From Eledone cirrhosa (taxonomy: Eukaryota), in the NCBI GenBank assembly GCA_964016885.1, contig OZ024742.1, positions 376,650,001 through 376,714,000 of the forward strand: 64,000 bases of DNA. Reading direction: 5' to 3'. Position 1 is the stretch's first letter. Every line of letters begins with the position of its first letter. Below, one piece after another: positions 1 to 15,000 of this stretch. Below the pieces are notes generated by a model. That model ran no database searches and was not told where the DNA came from. It saw only the letters and a list, made by a program, of their open reading frames with translations. The position numbers were made by a program, and so were the translations under genes.

Positions 1-3000
1 GTGGTAGTGTCATCATACACCCAGCCCACCCTGTAAGGTGGTAGTGGTAGTACCATCATACACCCACCCCACGTGGTAAGGTGGTAGTGGTAGTGTCATC
101 ATACACCCAGCCAACCCTGTAAGGTGGTAGTGGTAGTGCCATCATACACCCAGCCCACGTGGTAAGGTGGTAGTGGTAGTACCATCATACACCCACCCCA
201 CGTGGTAAGGTGGTAGTGGTAGTGTCATCATACACCCAGCCAACCCTGTAAGGTGGTAGTGGTAGTGTCATCATACACCCAGCCCACCCTGTAAGGTGGT
301 AGTGGTAGTGCCATCATACACCCAGCCCACCCTGTAAGGTGGTAGTGGTAGTGCCATCATACACCCAGCCCACCCTGTAAGGTGGTAGTGGTAGTGCCAT
401 CATACACCCAGCCCACCCTGTAAGGTGGTAGTGGTAGTGCCATCATACACCCAGCCCACCCTGTAAGGTGGTAGTGGTAGTGGTAGTGCCATCATACACC
501 CAGCCCACCCTGTAAGGTGGTAGTGGTAGTGGTAGTGCCATCATACACCCAGCCAACCCTGTAAGGTGGTAGTGGTAGTGTCATCATACACCCAGCCCAC
601 CCTGTAAGGTGGTAGTGGTAGTGGTAGTACCATCATACACCCAGCCCACCCTGTAAGGTGGTGGTGGTAGTGCCATCATACACCCAGCCCACCCTGTAAG
701 GTGGTAGTGGTAGTGGTAGTGCCATCATACACCCAGCCAACCCTGTAAGGTGGTAGTGGTAGTGGTAGTGCCATCATACACCCAGCCAACCCTGTAAGGT
801 GGTAGTGGTAGTGGTAGTGTCATCATACACCCAGCCCACCCTGTAAGGTGGTAGTGGTAGTGCCATCATACACCCAGCCCACCCTGTAAGGTGGTAGTGG
901 TAGTGGTAGTGCCATCATACACCCAGCCAACCCTGTAAGGTGGTAGTGGTAGTGCCATCATACACCCAGCCCACCCTGTAAGGTGGTAGTGGTAGTGGTA
1001 GTGTCATCATACACCCAGCCCACCCTGTAAGGTGGTAGTGGTAGTGGTAGTGTCATCATACACCCAGCCCACCCTGTAAGGTGGTAGTGGTAGTGCCATC
1101 ATACACCCAGCCCACCCTGTAAGGTGGTAGTGGTAGTGGTAGTGCCATCATACACCCAGCCAACCCTGTAAGGTGGTAGTGGTAGTGCCATCATACACCC
1201 AGCCAACCCTGTAAGGTGGTAGTGGTAGTGGTAGTGTCATCATACACCCAGCCCACCCTGTAAGGTGGTAGTGGTAGTGGTAGTGTCATCATACACCCAG
1301 CCCACCCTGTAAGGTGGTAGTGGTAGTGCCATCATACACCCAGCCCACCCTGTAAGGTGGTAGTGGTAGTGGTAGTGCCATCATACACCCAGCCCACCCT
1401 GTAAGGTGGTGGTGGTAGTGTCATCATACACCCAGCCCACCCTGTAAGGTGGTAGTGGTAGTGGTAGTGTCATCATACACCCAGCCCACCCTGTAAGGTG
1501 GTAGTGGTAGTGCCATCATACACCCAGCCCACCCTGTAAGGTGGTAGTGGTAGTGGTAGTGCCATCATACACCCAGCCCACCCTGTAAGGTGGTGGTGGT
1601 AGTGTCATCATACACCCAGCCCACGCTGTAAGGTGGTAGTGGTAGTGCCATCATACACCCAGCCCACCCTGTAAGGTGGTAGTGGTAGTGGTAGTGCCAT
1701 CATACACCCAGCCCACCCTGTAAGGTGGTGGTGGTAGTGTCATCATACACCCAGCCCACCCTGTAAGGTGGTAGTGGTAGTGTCATCATACACCCAGCCC
1801 ACCCTGTAAGGTGGTAGTGGTAGTGCCATCATACACCCAGCCCACCCTGTAAGGTGGTAGTGGTAGTGCCATCATACACCCAGCCCACCCTGTAAGGTGG
1901 TAGTGGTAGTGGTAGTGCCATCATACACCCAGCCCACCCTGTAAGGTGGTAGTGGTAGTGCCATCATACACCCAGCCCACCCTGTAAGGTGGTAGTGGTA
2001 GTGTCATCATACACCCAGCCCACCCTGTAAGGTGGTAGTGGTAGTGTCATCATACACCCAGCCCACGCTGTAAGGTGGTAGTGGTGGTAGTATCATAAGA
2101 CACCCAGCCCACCCTGTAAGGTGGTGGTGGTAGTGTCATCATACACCCAGCCCACCCTGTAAGGTGGTAGTGGTAGTGTCATCATACACCCAGCCCACCC
2201 TGTAAGGTGGTAGTGGTGGTGGTAGTGCCATCATACACCCAGCCCACCCTGTAAGGTGGTAGTGGTAGTGTCATCATACGCCCACCCCACCCTGTAAGGT
2301 GGTAGTGGTAGTGTCATCTAACGCCCACCCCACCCTGTAAGGTGGTAGTGGTAGTCTCATCATACACCCAGCCCACCCTGCAAGGTGGTAGTGGTAGTGG
2401 TAGTGCCATCATACACCCAGCCCACCCTGTAAGGTGGTAGTGGTAGTGGTAGTGGTAGTGTCATCATACACCCAGCCCACCCTGTAAGGTGGTAGTGGTA
2501 GTGTCATCATACACCCAGCCCACCCTGTAAGGTGGTAGTGGTAGTGGTAGTGGTAGTGTCATCATACACCCAGCCCACCCTGTAAGGTGGTAGTGGTAGT
2601 GGTAGTGGTAGTGTCATCATACACCCAGCCCACCCTGTAAGGTGGTAGTGGTAGTGGTAGTGGTAGTGTCATCATACACCCAGCCAACCCTGTAAGGTGG
2701 TAGTGGTAGTGGTAGTGGTAGTGTCATCATACACCCAGCCCACCCTGTAAGGTGGTAGTGGTAGTGTCATCATACACCCAGCCCACCCTGTAAGGTGGTA
2801 GTGGTAGTGGTAGTGGTAGTGCCATCATACACCCAGCCCACCCTGTAAGGTGGTAGTGGTAGTGGTAGTGGTAGTGTCATCATACACCCAGCCAACCCTG
2901 TAAGGTGGTAGTGGTAGTGGTAGTGGTAGTGTCATCATACACCCAGCCCACCCTGTAAGGTGGTAGTGGTAGTACCATCATACACCCACCCCACGTGGTA

Positions 3001-6000
3001 AGGTGGTAGTGGTAGTGTCATCATACACCCAGCCCACCCTGTAAGGTGGTAGTGGTAGTACCATCATACACCCACCCCACCCTGTAAGGTGGTAGTGGTA
3101 GTGGTAGTGCCATCATACACCCAGCCCACCCTGTAAGGTGGTAGTGGTAGTGTCATCATACACCCAGCCCACCCTGTAAGGTGGTAGTGGTAGTGGTAGT
3201 ACCATCATACACCCAGCCCACCCTGTAAGGTGGTAGTGGTAGTACCATCATACACCCACCCCACCCTGTAAGGTGGTAGTGGTAGTGGTAGTGCCATCAT
3301 ACACCCACCCCACCCTGTAAGGTGGTAGTGGTAGTGGTAGTGTCATCATACACCCAGCCAACCCTGTAAGGTGGTAGTGGTAGTACCATCATACACCCAC
3401 CCCACGTGGTAAGGTGGTAGTGGTAGTACCATCATACACCCACCCCACGTGGTAAGGTGGTAGTGGTAGTGTCATCATACACCCAGCCAACCCTGTAAGG
3501 TGGTAGTGGTAGTGTCATCATACACCCACCCCACGTGGTAAGGTGGTAGTGGTAGTACCATCATACACCCACCCCACGTGGTAAGGTGGTAGTGGTAGTG
3601 TCATCATACACCCAGCCAACCCTGTAAGGTGGTAGTGGTAGTACCATCATACACCCACCCCACGTGGTAAGGTGGTAGTGGTAGTGTCATCATACACCCA
3701 GCCCACCCTGTAAGGTGGTAGTGGTAGTACCATCATACACCCACCCCACGTGGTAAGGTGGTAGTGGTAGTGTCATCATACACCCAGCCAACCCTGTAAG
3801 GTGGTAGTGGTAGTGCCATCATACACCCAGCCCACCCTGTAAGGTGGTAGTGGTAGTACCGTCATACACCCACCCCACGTGGTAAGGTGGTAGTGGTAGT
3901 ACCATCATACACCCACCCCACGTGGTAAGGTGGTAGTGGTAGTGTCATCATACACCCAGCCAACCCTGTAAGGTGGTAGTGGTAGTGTCATCATACACCC
4001 AGCCCACCCTGTAAGGTGGTAGTGGTAGTGCCATCATACACCCAGCCCACCCTGTAAGGTGGTAGTGGTAGTGCCATCATACACCCAGCCAACCCTGTAA
4101 GGTGGTAGTGGTAGTGCCATCATACACCCAGCCCACCCTGTAAGGTGGTAGTGGTAGTGGTAGTGTCATCATACACCCAGCCCACCCTGTAAGGTGGTAG
4201 TGGTAGTGGTAGTGTCATCATACACCCAGCCCACCCTGTAAGGTGGTAGTGGTAGTGCCATCATACACCCAGCCCACCCTGTAAGGTGGTAGTGGTAGTG
4301 CCATCATACACCCAGCCCACCCTGTAAGGTGGTAGTGGTAGTGGTAGTGCCATCATACACCCAGCCCACCCTGTAAGGTGGTGGTGGTAGTGTCATCATA
4401 CACCCAGCCCACGCTGTAAGGTGGTAGTGGTAGTGCCATCATACACCCAGCCCACCCTGTAAGGTGGTAGTGGTAGTGGTAGTGCCATCATACACCCAGC
4501 CCACCCTGTAAGGTGGTGGTGGTAGTGTCATCATACACCCAGCCCACCCTGTAAGGTGGTAGTGGTAGTGTCATCATACACCCAGCCCACCCTGTAAGGT
4601 GGTAGTGGTAGTGCCATCATACACCCAGCCCACCCTGTAAGGTGGTAGTGGTAGTGCCATCATACACCCAGCCCACCCTGTAAGGTGGTAGTGGTAGTGG
4701 TAGTGCCATCATACACCCAGCCCACCCTGTAAGGTGGTGGTGGTAGTGTCATCATACACCCAGCCCACGCTGTAAGGTGGTAGTGGTAGTGCCATCATAC
4801 ACCCAGCCCACCCTGTAAGGTGGTAGTGGTAGTGGTAGTGCCATCATACACCCAGCCCACCCTGTAAGGTGGTGGTGGTAGTGTCATCATACACCCAGCC
4901 CACCCTGTAAGGTGGTAGTGGTAGTGTCATCATACACCCAGCCCACGCTGTAAGGTGGTAGTGGTGGTAGTATCATAAGACACCCAGCCCACCCTGTAAG
5001 GTGGTGGTGGTAGTGTCATCATACACCCAGCCCACCCTGTAAGGTGGTAGTGGTAGTGTCATCATACACCCAGCCCACCCTGTAAGGTGGTAGTGGTGGT
5101 GGTAGTGCCATCATACACCCAGCCCACCCTGTAAGGTGGTAGTGGTAGTGTCATCATACGCCCACCCCACCCTGTAAGGTGGTAGTGGTAGTGTCATCTA
5201 ACGCCCACCCCACCCTGTAAGGTGGTAGTGGTAGTGTCATCATACACCCAGCCCACCCTGTAAGGTGGTAGTGGTAGTGTCATCATACACCCAGCCCACC
5301 CTGTAAGGTGGTAGTGGTAGTCTCATCATACACCCAGCCCACCCTGCAAGGTGGTAGTGGTAGTGTCATCATACACCCAGCCCACCCTGTAAGGTGGTAG
5401 TGGTAGTCTCATCATACACCCAGCCCACCCTGTAAGGTGGTAGTGGTAGTACCATCATACACCCAGCCCACCCTGCAAGGTGGTAGTGGTAGTGCCATCA
5501 TACACCTAGCCCACCCTGTAAGGTGGTAGTGGTAGTGGTAGTACCATCATACACCCAGCCCACCCTGCAAGGTGGTAGTGGTAGTGGTAGTACCATCATA
5601 CACCCAGCCCACCCTGTAAGGTGGTAGTGGTAGTGTCATCATACACCCAGCCCACCCTGTAAGGTGGTAGTGGTAGTACCATCATACACCCAGCCCACCC
5701 TGTAAGGTGGTAGTGGTAGTACCATCATACACCCAGCCCACCCTGTAAGGTGGTAGTGGTAGTGGTAGTACCATCATACACCCAGCCCACCCTGCAAGGT
5801 GGTAGTGGTAGTGGTAGTGCCATCATACACCCACCCCACCCTGTAGGTGGTAGTGGTAGATTCATCATACACCCAGCCCACCCTATAAGGTGGTAGTGGT
5901 AGTGCCATCATACACCCTGCCCACCCTGCAAGGTGGTAGTGGTAGTGCCATCATACACCCAGCCCACCCTGCAAGGTGGTAGTGGTAGTACCATCATACA

Positions 6001-9000
6001 CCCAGCCCACCCTGTAAGGTGGTAGTGGTAGATTCATCATACACCCAGCCCACCCTATAAGGTGGTAGTGGTAGTGCCATCATACACCCTGCCCACCCTG
6101 CAAGGTGGTAGTGGTAGTGCCATCATACACCCAGCCCACCCTGCAAGGTGGTAGTGGTAGTACCATCATACACCCAGCCCACCCTGTAAGGTGGTAGTGG
6201 TAGTACCATCATACACCCAGCCCACCCTGTAAGGTGGTAGTGGTAGTGTCATCATACACCCACTCCACCCTGTAAGGTGGTAGTGGTAGTGGTAGTACCA
6301 TCATACACCCAGCCCACCCTGTAAGGTGGTAGTGGTGGTGGTAGTGCCATCATACACCCAGCCCACCCTGTAAGGTGGTAGTGGTAGTGTCATCATACAC
6401 CCAGCCTACCCTGTAAGGTGGTAGTGGTAGTGGTAGTACCATCATACACCCAGCCCACCCTGTAAGGTGGTAGTGGTGGTGGTAGTGCCATCATACACCC
6501 AGCCCACCCTGCAAGGTGGTAGTGGTAGTGTCATCATACACCCAGCCTACCCTGTAAGGTGGTAGTGGTAGTGGTAGTACCATCATACACCCAGCCCACC
6601 CTGTAAGGTGGTAGTGGTGGTGGTAGTGCCATCATACACCCAGCCCACCCTGCAAGGTGGTAGTGGTAGTGTCATCATACACCCAGCCTACCCTGTAAGG
6701 TGGTAGTGGTAGTGGTAGTACCATCATACACCCAGCCCACCCTGTAAGGTGGTAGTGGTGGTGGTAGTGCCATCATACACCCACCCCACCCTGTAAGGTG
6801 GTAGTGGTAGTACCATCATACACCCAGCCCACCCTGTAATGTGGTAGTGGTAGTGTCATTATTCACCCACCCCACCCTGTAAGGTGGTAGTGGTAGTGGT
6901 AGTGCCATCATACACCCAGCCCACCCTGTAAGGTGGTAGTGGTAGTGTCATCATACACCCACCCCACCTTGTAAGGTGGTAGTGGTAGTACCATCATACA
7001 CCCAGCCCACCCTGTAATGTGGTAGTGGTAGTGTCATCATACACCCACCCCACCCTGTAAGGTGGTAGTGGTAGTGGTAGTGCCATCATACACCCAGCCC
7101 ACCCTGTAAGGTGGTAGTGGTAGTGTCATCATACACCCAGCCCACCCTGTAAGGTGGTAGTGGTAGTGCCATCATACACCCACCCCACCCAGTAAGGTGG
7201 TAGTGGTAGTGGTAGTGTCATCATACACCCAGCCCACCCTGTAAGGTGGTAGTGGTAGTGGTAGTGTCATCATACACCCAGCCCACCCTGTAAGGTGGTA
7301 GTGGTAGTGTCATCATACACCCAGCCCACCCTGTAAGGTGGTAGTGGTAGTGTCATCATACACCCACCCCACCCAGTAAGGTGGTAGTGGTAGTGGTAGT
7401 GTCATCATACACCCAGCCCACCCTGTAAGGTGGTAGTGGTAGTACCATCATACACCCACCCCACCCTGTAAGGTGGTAGTGGTAGTACCATCATACACCC
7501 ACCCCACCCAGTAAGGTGGTAGTGGTAGTACCATCATACACCCAGCCCAACCTGTAAGGTGGTAGTGGTAGTGCCATCATACACCCAGCCCACCCTGTAA
7601 GGTGGTAGTGGTAGTGGTAGTGCCATCATACACCCAGCCCACCCTGTAAGGTGGTAGTGGTAGTGTCATCATACACCCAACCCACCCTGTAAGGTGGTAG
7701 TGGTAGTGCCATCATACACCCAGCCCACCCTGTAAGGTGGTAGTGGTAGTGTCATCATACACCCAGCCCACCCTGTAAGGTGGTAGTGGTAGTGGTAGTG
7801 CCATCATACACCCAACCCACCCTGTAAGGTGGTAGTGGTAGTGTCATCATACACCCAACCCACCCTGTAAGGTGGTAGTGGTAGTGGTAGTACCATCATA
7901 CACCCAGCCCACCCTGTAAGGTGGTAGTGGTAGTGTCATCATACACCCAGCCCACCCTGTAAGGTGGTAGTGGTAGTGGTAGTGCCATCATACACCCAGC
8001 CCACCCTGTAAGGTGGTAGTGGTAGTGTCATCATACACCCAACCCACCCTGTAAGGTGGTAGTGGTAGTGTCATCATACACCCAGCCCACCCTGTAAGGT
8101 GGTAGTGGTAGTGTCATCATACACCCAACCCACCCTGTAAGGTGGTAGTGGTAGTGTCATCATACACCCAGCCCACCCTGTAAGGTGGTAGTGGTAGTGG
8201 TAGTGCCATCATACACCCAACCCACCCTGTAAGGTGGTAGTGGTAGTGCCATCATACACCCAGCCCACCCTGTAAGGTGGTAGTGGTAGTGCCATCATAC
8301 ACCCAGCCCACCCTGTAAGGTGGTAGTGGTAGTGGTAGTGCCATCATACACCCAGCCCACCCTGTAAGGTGGTAGTGGTAGTGTCATCATACACCCAACC
8401 CACCCTGTAAGGTGGTAGTGGTAGTGCCATCATACACCCAGCCCACCCTGTAAGGTGGTAGTGGTAGTGCCATCATACACCCAGCCCACCCTGTAAGGTG
8501 GTAGTGGTAGTGCCATCATACACCCAGCCCACCCTGTAAGGTAGTGGTGGTAGTGTCATCATACACCCAGCCCACGCTGTAAGGTGGTAGTGGTAGTGCC
8601 ATCATACACCCAGCCCACCCTGTAAGGTAGTGGTGGTAGTGTCATCATACACCCAGCCCACGCTGTAAGGTGGTAGTGGTAGTGCCATCATACACCCAGC
8701 CCACCCTGTAAGGTGGTAGTGGTAGTGCCATCATACACCCAGCCCACCCTGTAAGGTAGTGGTGGTAGTGTCATCATACACCCAGCCCACGCTGTAAGGT
8801 GGTAGTGGTAGTACCATCATACACCCAGCCCACGCTGTAAGGTGGTAGTGGTAGTGCCATCATACACCCAGCCCACCCTGTAAGGTGGTAGTGGTAGTGC
8901 CATCATACACCCAGCCCACCCTGTAAGGTGGTAGTGGTAGTGCCATCATACACCCAGCCCACCCTGTAAGGTGGTAGTGGTAGTGCCATCATACATCCAG

Positions 9001-12000
9001 CCCACCCTGTAAGGTGGTAGTGGTGGTAGTGTCATCATACACCCAGCCCACGCTGTAAGGTGGTAGTAGTAGTGGTAGTGCCATCATACACCCAGCCCAC
9101 CCTGTAAGGTGGTAGTGGTAGTGGTAGTGCCATCATACACCCAGCCCACCCTGTAAGGTGGTGGTGGTAGTGTCATCATACACCCAGCCCACGCTGTAAG
9201 GTGGTAGTGGTAGTGCCATCATACACCCAGCCCACCCTGTAAGGTGGTAGTGGTGGTAGTGTCATCATACACCCAGCCCACCCTGTAAGGTGGTGGTGGT
9301 AGTGGTAGTGTCATCATACACCCAGCCCACCCTGTAAGGTGGTAGTGGTAGTGGTAGTGCCATCATACACCCAGCCCACCCTGTAAGGTGGTAGTGGTAG
9401 TGTCATCATACACCCACCCCACCCTGTAAGGTGGTAGTGGTAGTGCCATCATACACCCAGCCCACCCTGTAAGGTGGTAGTGGTAGTGGTAGTGTCATCA
9501 TACACCCAGCCCACCCTATAAGGTGGTAGTGGTAGTGTCATCATACACCCACCCCACCCTGTAAGGTGGTAGTGGTAGTGCCATCATACACCCAGCCCAC
9601 CCTGTAAGGTGGTAGTGGTAGTACCATCATACACCCAGCCCACCCTGTAAGGTGGTAGTGGTAGTGGTAGTGCCATCATACACCCAGCCCACCCTGTAAG
9701 GTGGTAGTGGTAGTGGTAGTGCCATCATACACCCAGCCCACCCTGTAAGGTGGTAGTGGTAGTGTCATCATACGCCCACCCCACCCTGTAAGGTGGTAGT
9801 GGTAGTGCCATCATACACCCAGCCCACCCTGTAAGGTGGTAGTGGTAGTGTCATCTAACGGCCACCCCACCCTGTAAGGTGGTAGTGGTAGTGTCATCAT
9901 ACACCCAGCCCACCCTGTAAGGTGGTAGTGGTAGTGCCATCATACACCCAGCCCACCCTGTAAGGTGGTAGTGGTAGTGGTAGTGCCATCATACACCCAG
10001 CCCACCCTGTAAGGTGGTAGTGGTAGTGTCATCTAACGCCCACCCCACCCTGTAAGGTGGTAGTGGTAGTGCCATCATACACCCAGCCCACCCTGTAAGG
10101 TGGTAGTGGTAGTACCATCATACGCCCACCCCACCCTGTAAGGTGGTAGTGGTAGTGCCATCATACACCCAGCCCACCCTGTAAGGTGGTAGTGGTAGTG
10201 TCATCTAACGCCCACCCCACCCTGTAAGGTGGTAGTGGTAGTGCCATCATACACCCAGCCCACCCTGTAAGGTGGTAGTGGTAGTGTCATCATACACCCA
10301 GCCCACCCTGTAAGGTGGTAGTGGTAGTGGTAGTGCCATCATACACCCAACCCACCCTGTAAGGTGGTAGTGGTAGTGTCATCATACACCCAACCCACCC
10401 TGTAAGGTGGTAGTGGTAGTGCCATCATACACCCAGCCCACCCTGTAAGGTGGTAGTGGTAGTGCCATCATACACCCAGCCCACCCTGTAAGGTGGTAGT
10501 GGTAGTGGTAGTGCCATCATACACCCAGCCCACCCTGTAAGGTGGTAGTGGTAGTGTCATCATACACCCAACCCACCCTGTAAGGTGGTAGTGGTAGTGC
10601 CATCATACACCCAGCCCACCCTGTAAGGTGGTAGTGGTAGTGCCATCATACACCCAGCCCACCCTGTAAGGTGGTAGTGGTAGTGTCATCATACACCCAA
10701 CCCACCCTGTAAGGTGGTAGTGGTAGTGTCATCATACACCCACCCCACCCAGTAAGGTGGTAGTGGTAGTGGTAGTGTCATCATACACCCAGCCCACCCT
10801 GTAAGGTGGTAGTGGTAGTGTCATCATACACCCAGCCCACCCTGTAAGGTGGTAGTGGTAGTGTCATCATACACCCAGCCCACCCTGTAAGGTGGTAGTG
10901 GTAGTGCCATCATACACCCAGCCCACCCTGTAAGGTGGTAGTGGTAGTGTCATCATACACCCAGCCCACCCTGTAAGGTGGTAGTGGTAGTGGTAGTGCC
11001 ATCATACACCCAACCCACCCTGTAAGGTGGTAGTGGTAGTGCCATCATACACCCAGCCCACCCTGTAAGGTGGTAGTGGTAGTGTCATCATACACCCAAC
11101 CCACCCTGTAAGGTGGTAGTGGTAGTGTCATCATACACCCACCCCACCCAGTAAGGTGGTAGTGGTAGTGGTAGTGTCATCATACACCCAGCCCACCCTG
11201 TAAGGTGGTAGTGGTAGTACCATCATACACCCACCCCACCCTGTAAGGTGGTAGTGGTAGTACCATCATACACCCACCCCACCCAGTAAGGTGGTAGTGG
11301 TAGTGTCATCATACACCCAGCCCACCCTGTAAGGTGGTAGTGGTAGTGGTAGTGCCATCATACACCCAGCCCACCCTGTAAGGTGGTAGTGGTAGTGTCA
11401 TCATACACCCAACCCACCCTGTAAGGTGGTAGTGGTAGTGTCATCATACACCCAGCCCACCCTGTAAGGTGGTAGTGGTAGTGGTAGTGCCATCATACAC
11501 CCAACCCACCCTGTAAGGTGGTAGTGGTAGTGGTAGTGCCATCATACACCCAGCCCACCCTGTAAGGTGGTAGTGGTAGTGCCATCATACACCCAGCCCA
11601 CCCTGTAAGGTGGTAGTGGTAGTGTCATCATACACCCAACCCACCCTGTAAGGTGGTAGTGGTAGTGTCATCATACACCCAGCCCACCCTGTAAGGTGGT
11701 AGTGGTAGTGGTAGTGCCATCATACACCCAGCCCACCCTGTAAGGTGGTAGTGGTAGTGCCATCATACACCCAGCCCACCCTGTAAGGTGGTAGTGGTAG
11801 TGTCATCATACACCCAACCCACCCTGTAAGGTGGTAGTGGTAGTGCCATCATACACCCAGCCCACCCTGTAAGGTGGTAGTGGTAGTGCCATCATACACC
11901 CAGCCCACCCTGTAAGGTGGTAGTGGTAGTGCCATCATACACCCAGCCCACCCTGTAAGGTGGTAGTGGTAGTGCCATCATACACCCAGCCCACCCTGTA

Positions 12001-15000
12001 AGGTGGTAGTGGTAGTGGTAGTGCCATCATACACCCAGCCCACCCTGTAAGGTGGTAGTGGTAGTGCCATCATACACCCAGCCCACCCTGTAAGGTAGTG
12101 GTGGTAGTGTCATCATACACCCAGCCCACGCTGTAAGGTGGTAGTGGTAGTGCCATCATACACCCAGCCCACCCTGTAAGGTAGTGGTGGTAGTGTCATC
12201 ATACACCCAGCCCACGCTGTAAGGTGGTAGTGGTAGTGCCATCATACACCCAGCCCACCCTGTAAGGTGGTAGTGGTAGTGGTAGTGTCATCATACACCC
12301 AGCCCACCCTGTAAGGTAGTGGTGGTAGTGTCATCATACACCCAGCCCACGCTGTAAGGTGGTAGTGGTAGTACCATCATACACCCAGCCCACGCTGTAA
12401 GGTGGTAGTGGTAGTGCCATCATACACCCAGCCCACCCTGTAAGGTGGTAGTGGTAGTGCCATCATACACCCAGCCCACCCTGTAAGGTGGTAGTGGTAG
12501 TGCCATCATACACCCAGCCCACCCTGTAAGGTGGTAGTGGTAGTGCCATCATACACCCAGCCCACCCTGTAAGGTGGTAGTGGTAGTGCCATCATACACC
12601 CAGCCCACCCTGTAAGGTGGTAGTGGTAGTGCCATCATACACCCAGCCCACCCTGTAAGGTGGTAGTGGTAGTGCCATCATACACCCAGCCCACCCTGTA
12701 AGGTGGTAGTGGTAGTGCCATCATACACCCAGCCCACCCTGTAAGGTGGTAGTGGTAGTGCCATCATACACCCAGCCCACCCTGTAAGGTGGTAGTGGTA
12801 GTGCCATCATACACCCAGCCCACCCTGTAAGGTGGTAGTGGTAGTGCCATCATACACCCAGCCCACCCTGTAAGGTGGTAGTGGTAGTGCCATCATACAT
12901 CCAGCCCACCCTGTAAGGTGGTAGTGGTGGTAGTGTCATCATACACCCAGCCCACGCTGTAAGGTGGTAGTAGTAGTGCCATCATACACCCAGCCCACCC
13001 TGTAAGGTGGTGGTGGTAGTGTCATCATACACCCAGCCCACGCTGTAAGGTGGTAGTGGTAGTGCCATCATACACCCAGCCCACCCTGTAAGGTGGTTTG
13101 GTGGTAGTGTCATCATACACCCAGCCCACCCTGTAAGGTGGTGGTGGTAGTGGTAGTGTCATCATACACCCAGCCCACCCTGTAAGGTGGTAGTGGTAGT
13201 GGTAGTGCCATCATACACCCAGCCCACCCTGTAAGGTGGTAGTGGTAGTGTCATCATACACCCACCCCACCCTGTAAGGTGGTAGTGGTAGTGCCATCAT
13301 ACACCCAGCCCACCCTGTAAGGTGGTAGTGGTAGTGCCATCATACACCCAGCCCACCCTGTAAGGTGGTAGTGGTAGTGTCATCATACACCCAGCCCACC
13401 CTGTAAGGTGGTAGTGGTAGTGTCATCATACACCCAGCCCACCCTATAAGGTGGTAGTGGTAGTGTCATCATACACCCAGCCCACCCTGTAAGGTGGTAG
13501 TGGTAGTGGTAGTGCCATCATACACCCAGCCCACCCTGTAAGGTGGTAGTGGTAGTGCCATCATACACCCAGCCGACCCTGTAAGGTGGTAGTGGTAGTA
13601 CCATCATACACCCAGCCCACCCTGTAAGGTGGTAGTGGTAGTGGTAGTGCCATCATACACCCAGCCCACCCTGTAAGGTGGTAGTGGTAGTGGTAGTGCC
13701 ATCATACACCCAGCCCACGCTGTAAGGTGGTAGTGGTAGTGTCATCATACGCCCACCCCACCCTGTAAGGTGGTAGTGGTAGTGCCATCATACACCCAGC
13801 CCACCCTGTAAGGTGGTAGTGGTAGTGTCATCTAACGGCCACCCCACCCTGTAAGGTGGTAGTGGTAGTGCCATCATACACCCAGCCCACCCTGTAAGGT
13901 GGTAGTGGTAGTGGTAGTGCCATCATACACCCAGCCCACCCTGTAAGGTGGTAGTGGTAGTGGTAGTGCCATCATACACCCAGCCCACGCTGTAAGGTGG
14001 TAGTGGTAGTGCCATCATACACCCACCCCACCCTGTAAGGTGGTAGTGGTAGTGCCATCATACACCCAGCCCACCCTGTAAGGTGGTAGTGGTAGTGGTA
14101 GTGCCATCATACACCCAGCCCACCCTGTAAGGTGGTAGTGGTAGTGGTAGTGCCATCATACACCCAGCCCACCCTGTAAGGTGGTAGTGGTAGTGTCATC
14201 TAACGCCCACCCCACCCTGTAAGGTGGTAGTGGTAGTGCCATCATGCACCCAGCCCACCCTGTAAGGTGGTAGTGGTAGTGTCATCTAACGCCCACCCCA
14301 CCCTGTAAGGTGGTAGTGGTAGTGGCAGTGCCATCATACACCCAGCCCACCCTGTAAGGTGGTAGTGGTAGTACCATCATACACCCAGCCCACCCTGTAA
14401 GGTGGTAGTGGTAGTGCCATCATACACCCAGCCCACCCTGTAAGGTGGTAGTGGTAGTGGTAGTGCCATCATACACCCAGCCCACGCTGTAAGGTGGTAG
14501 TGGTGGTAGTGCCATCATACACCCAGCCCACGCTGTAAGGTGGTAGTGGTGGTAGTGTCATCATACACCCAGCCCACCCTGTAAGGTGGTAGTGGTAGTG
14601 TCATCATACACCCAGCCCACGCTGTAAGGTGGTAGTGGTAGTGTCATCATACACCCAGCCAACCCTGTAAGGTGGTAGTGGTAGTGGTAGTGCCATCATA
14701 CACCCAGCCCACCCTGTAAGGTGGTAGTGGTAGTGTCATCATACACCCAGCCAACCCTGTAAGGTGGTAGTGGTAGTGGTAGTGTCATCATACACCCAGC
14801 CCACCCTGTAAGGTGGTGGTGGTAGTGTCATCATACACCCAGCCCACCCTGCAAGGTGGTAGTGGTAGTGGTAGTGCCATCATACACCCAGCCCGCCCTG
14901 TAAGGTGGTAGTGGTAGTGTCATCATACACCCACCCCACCCTGTAAGGTGGTAGTGGTAGTGCCATCATACACCCAGCCCACCCTGTAAGGTGGTAGTGG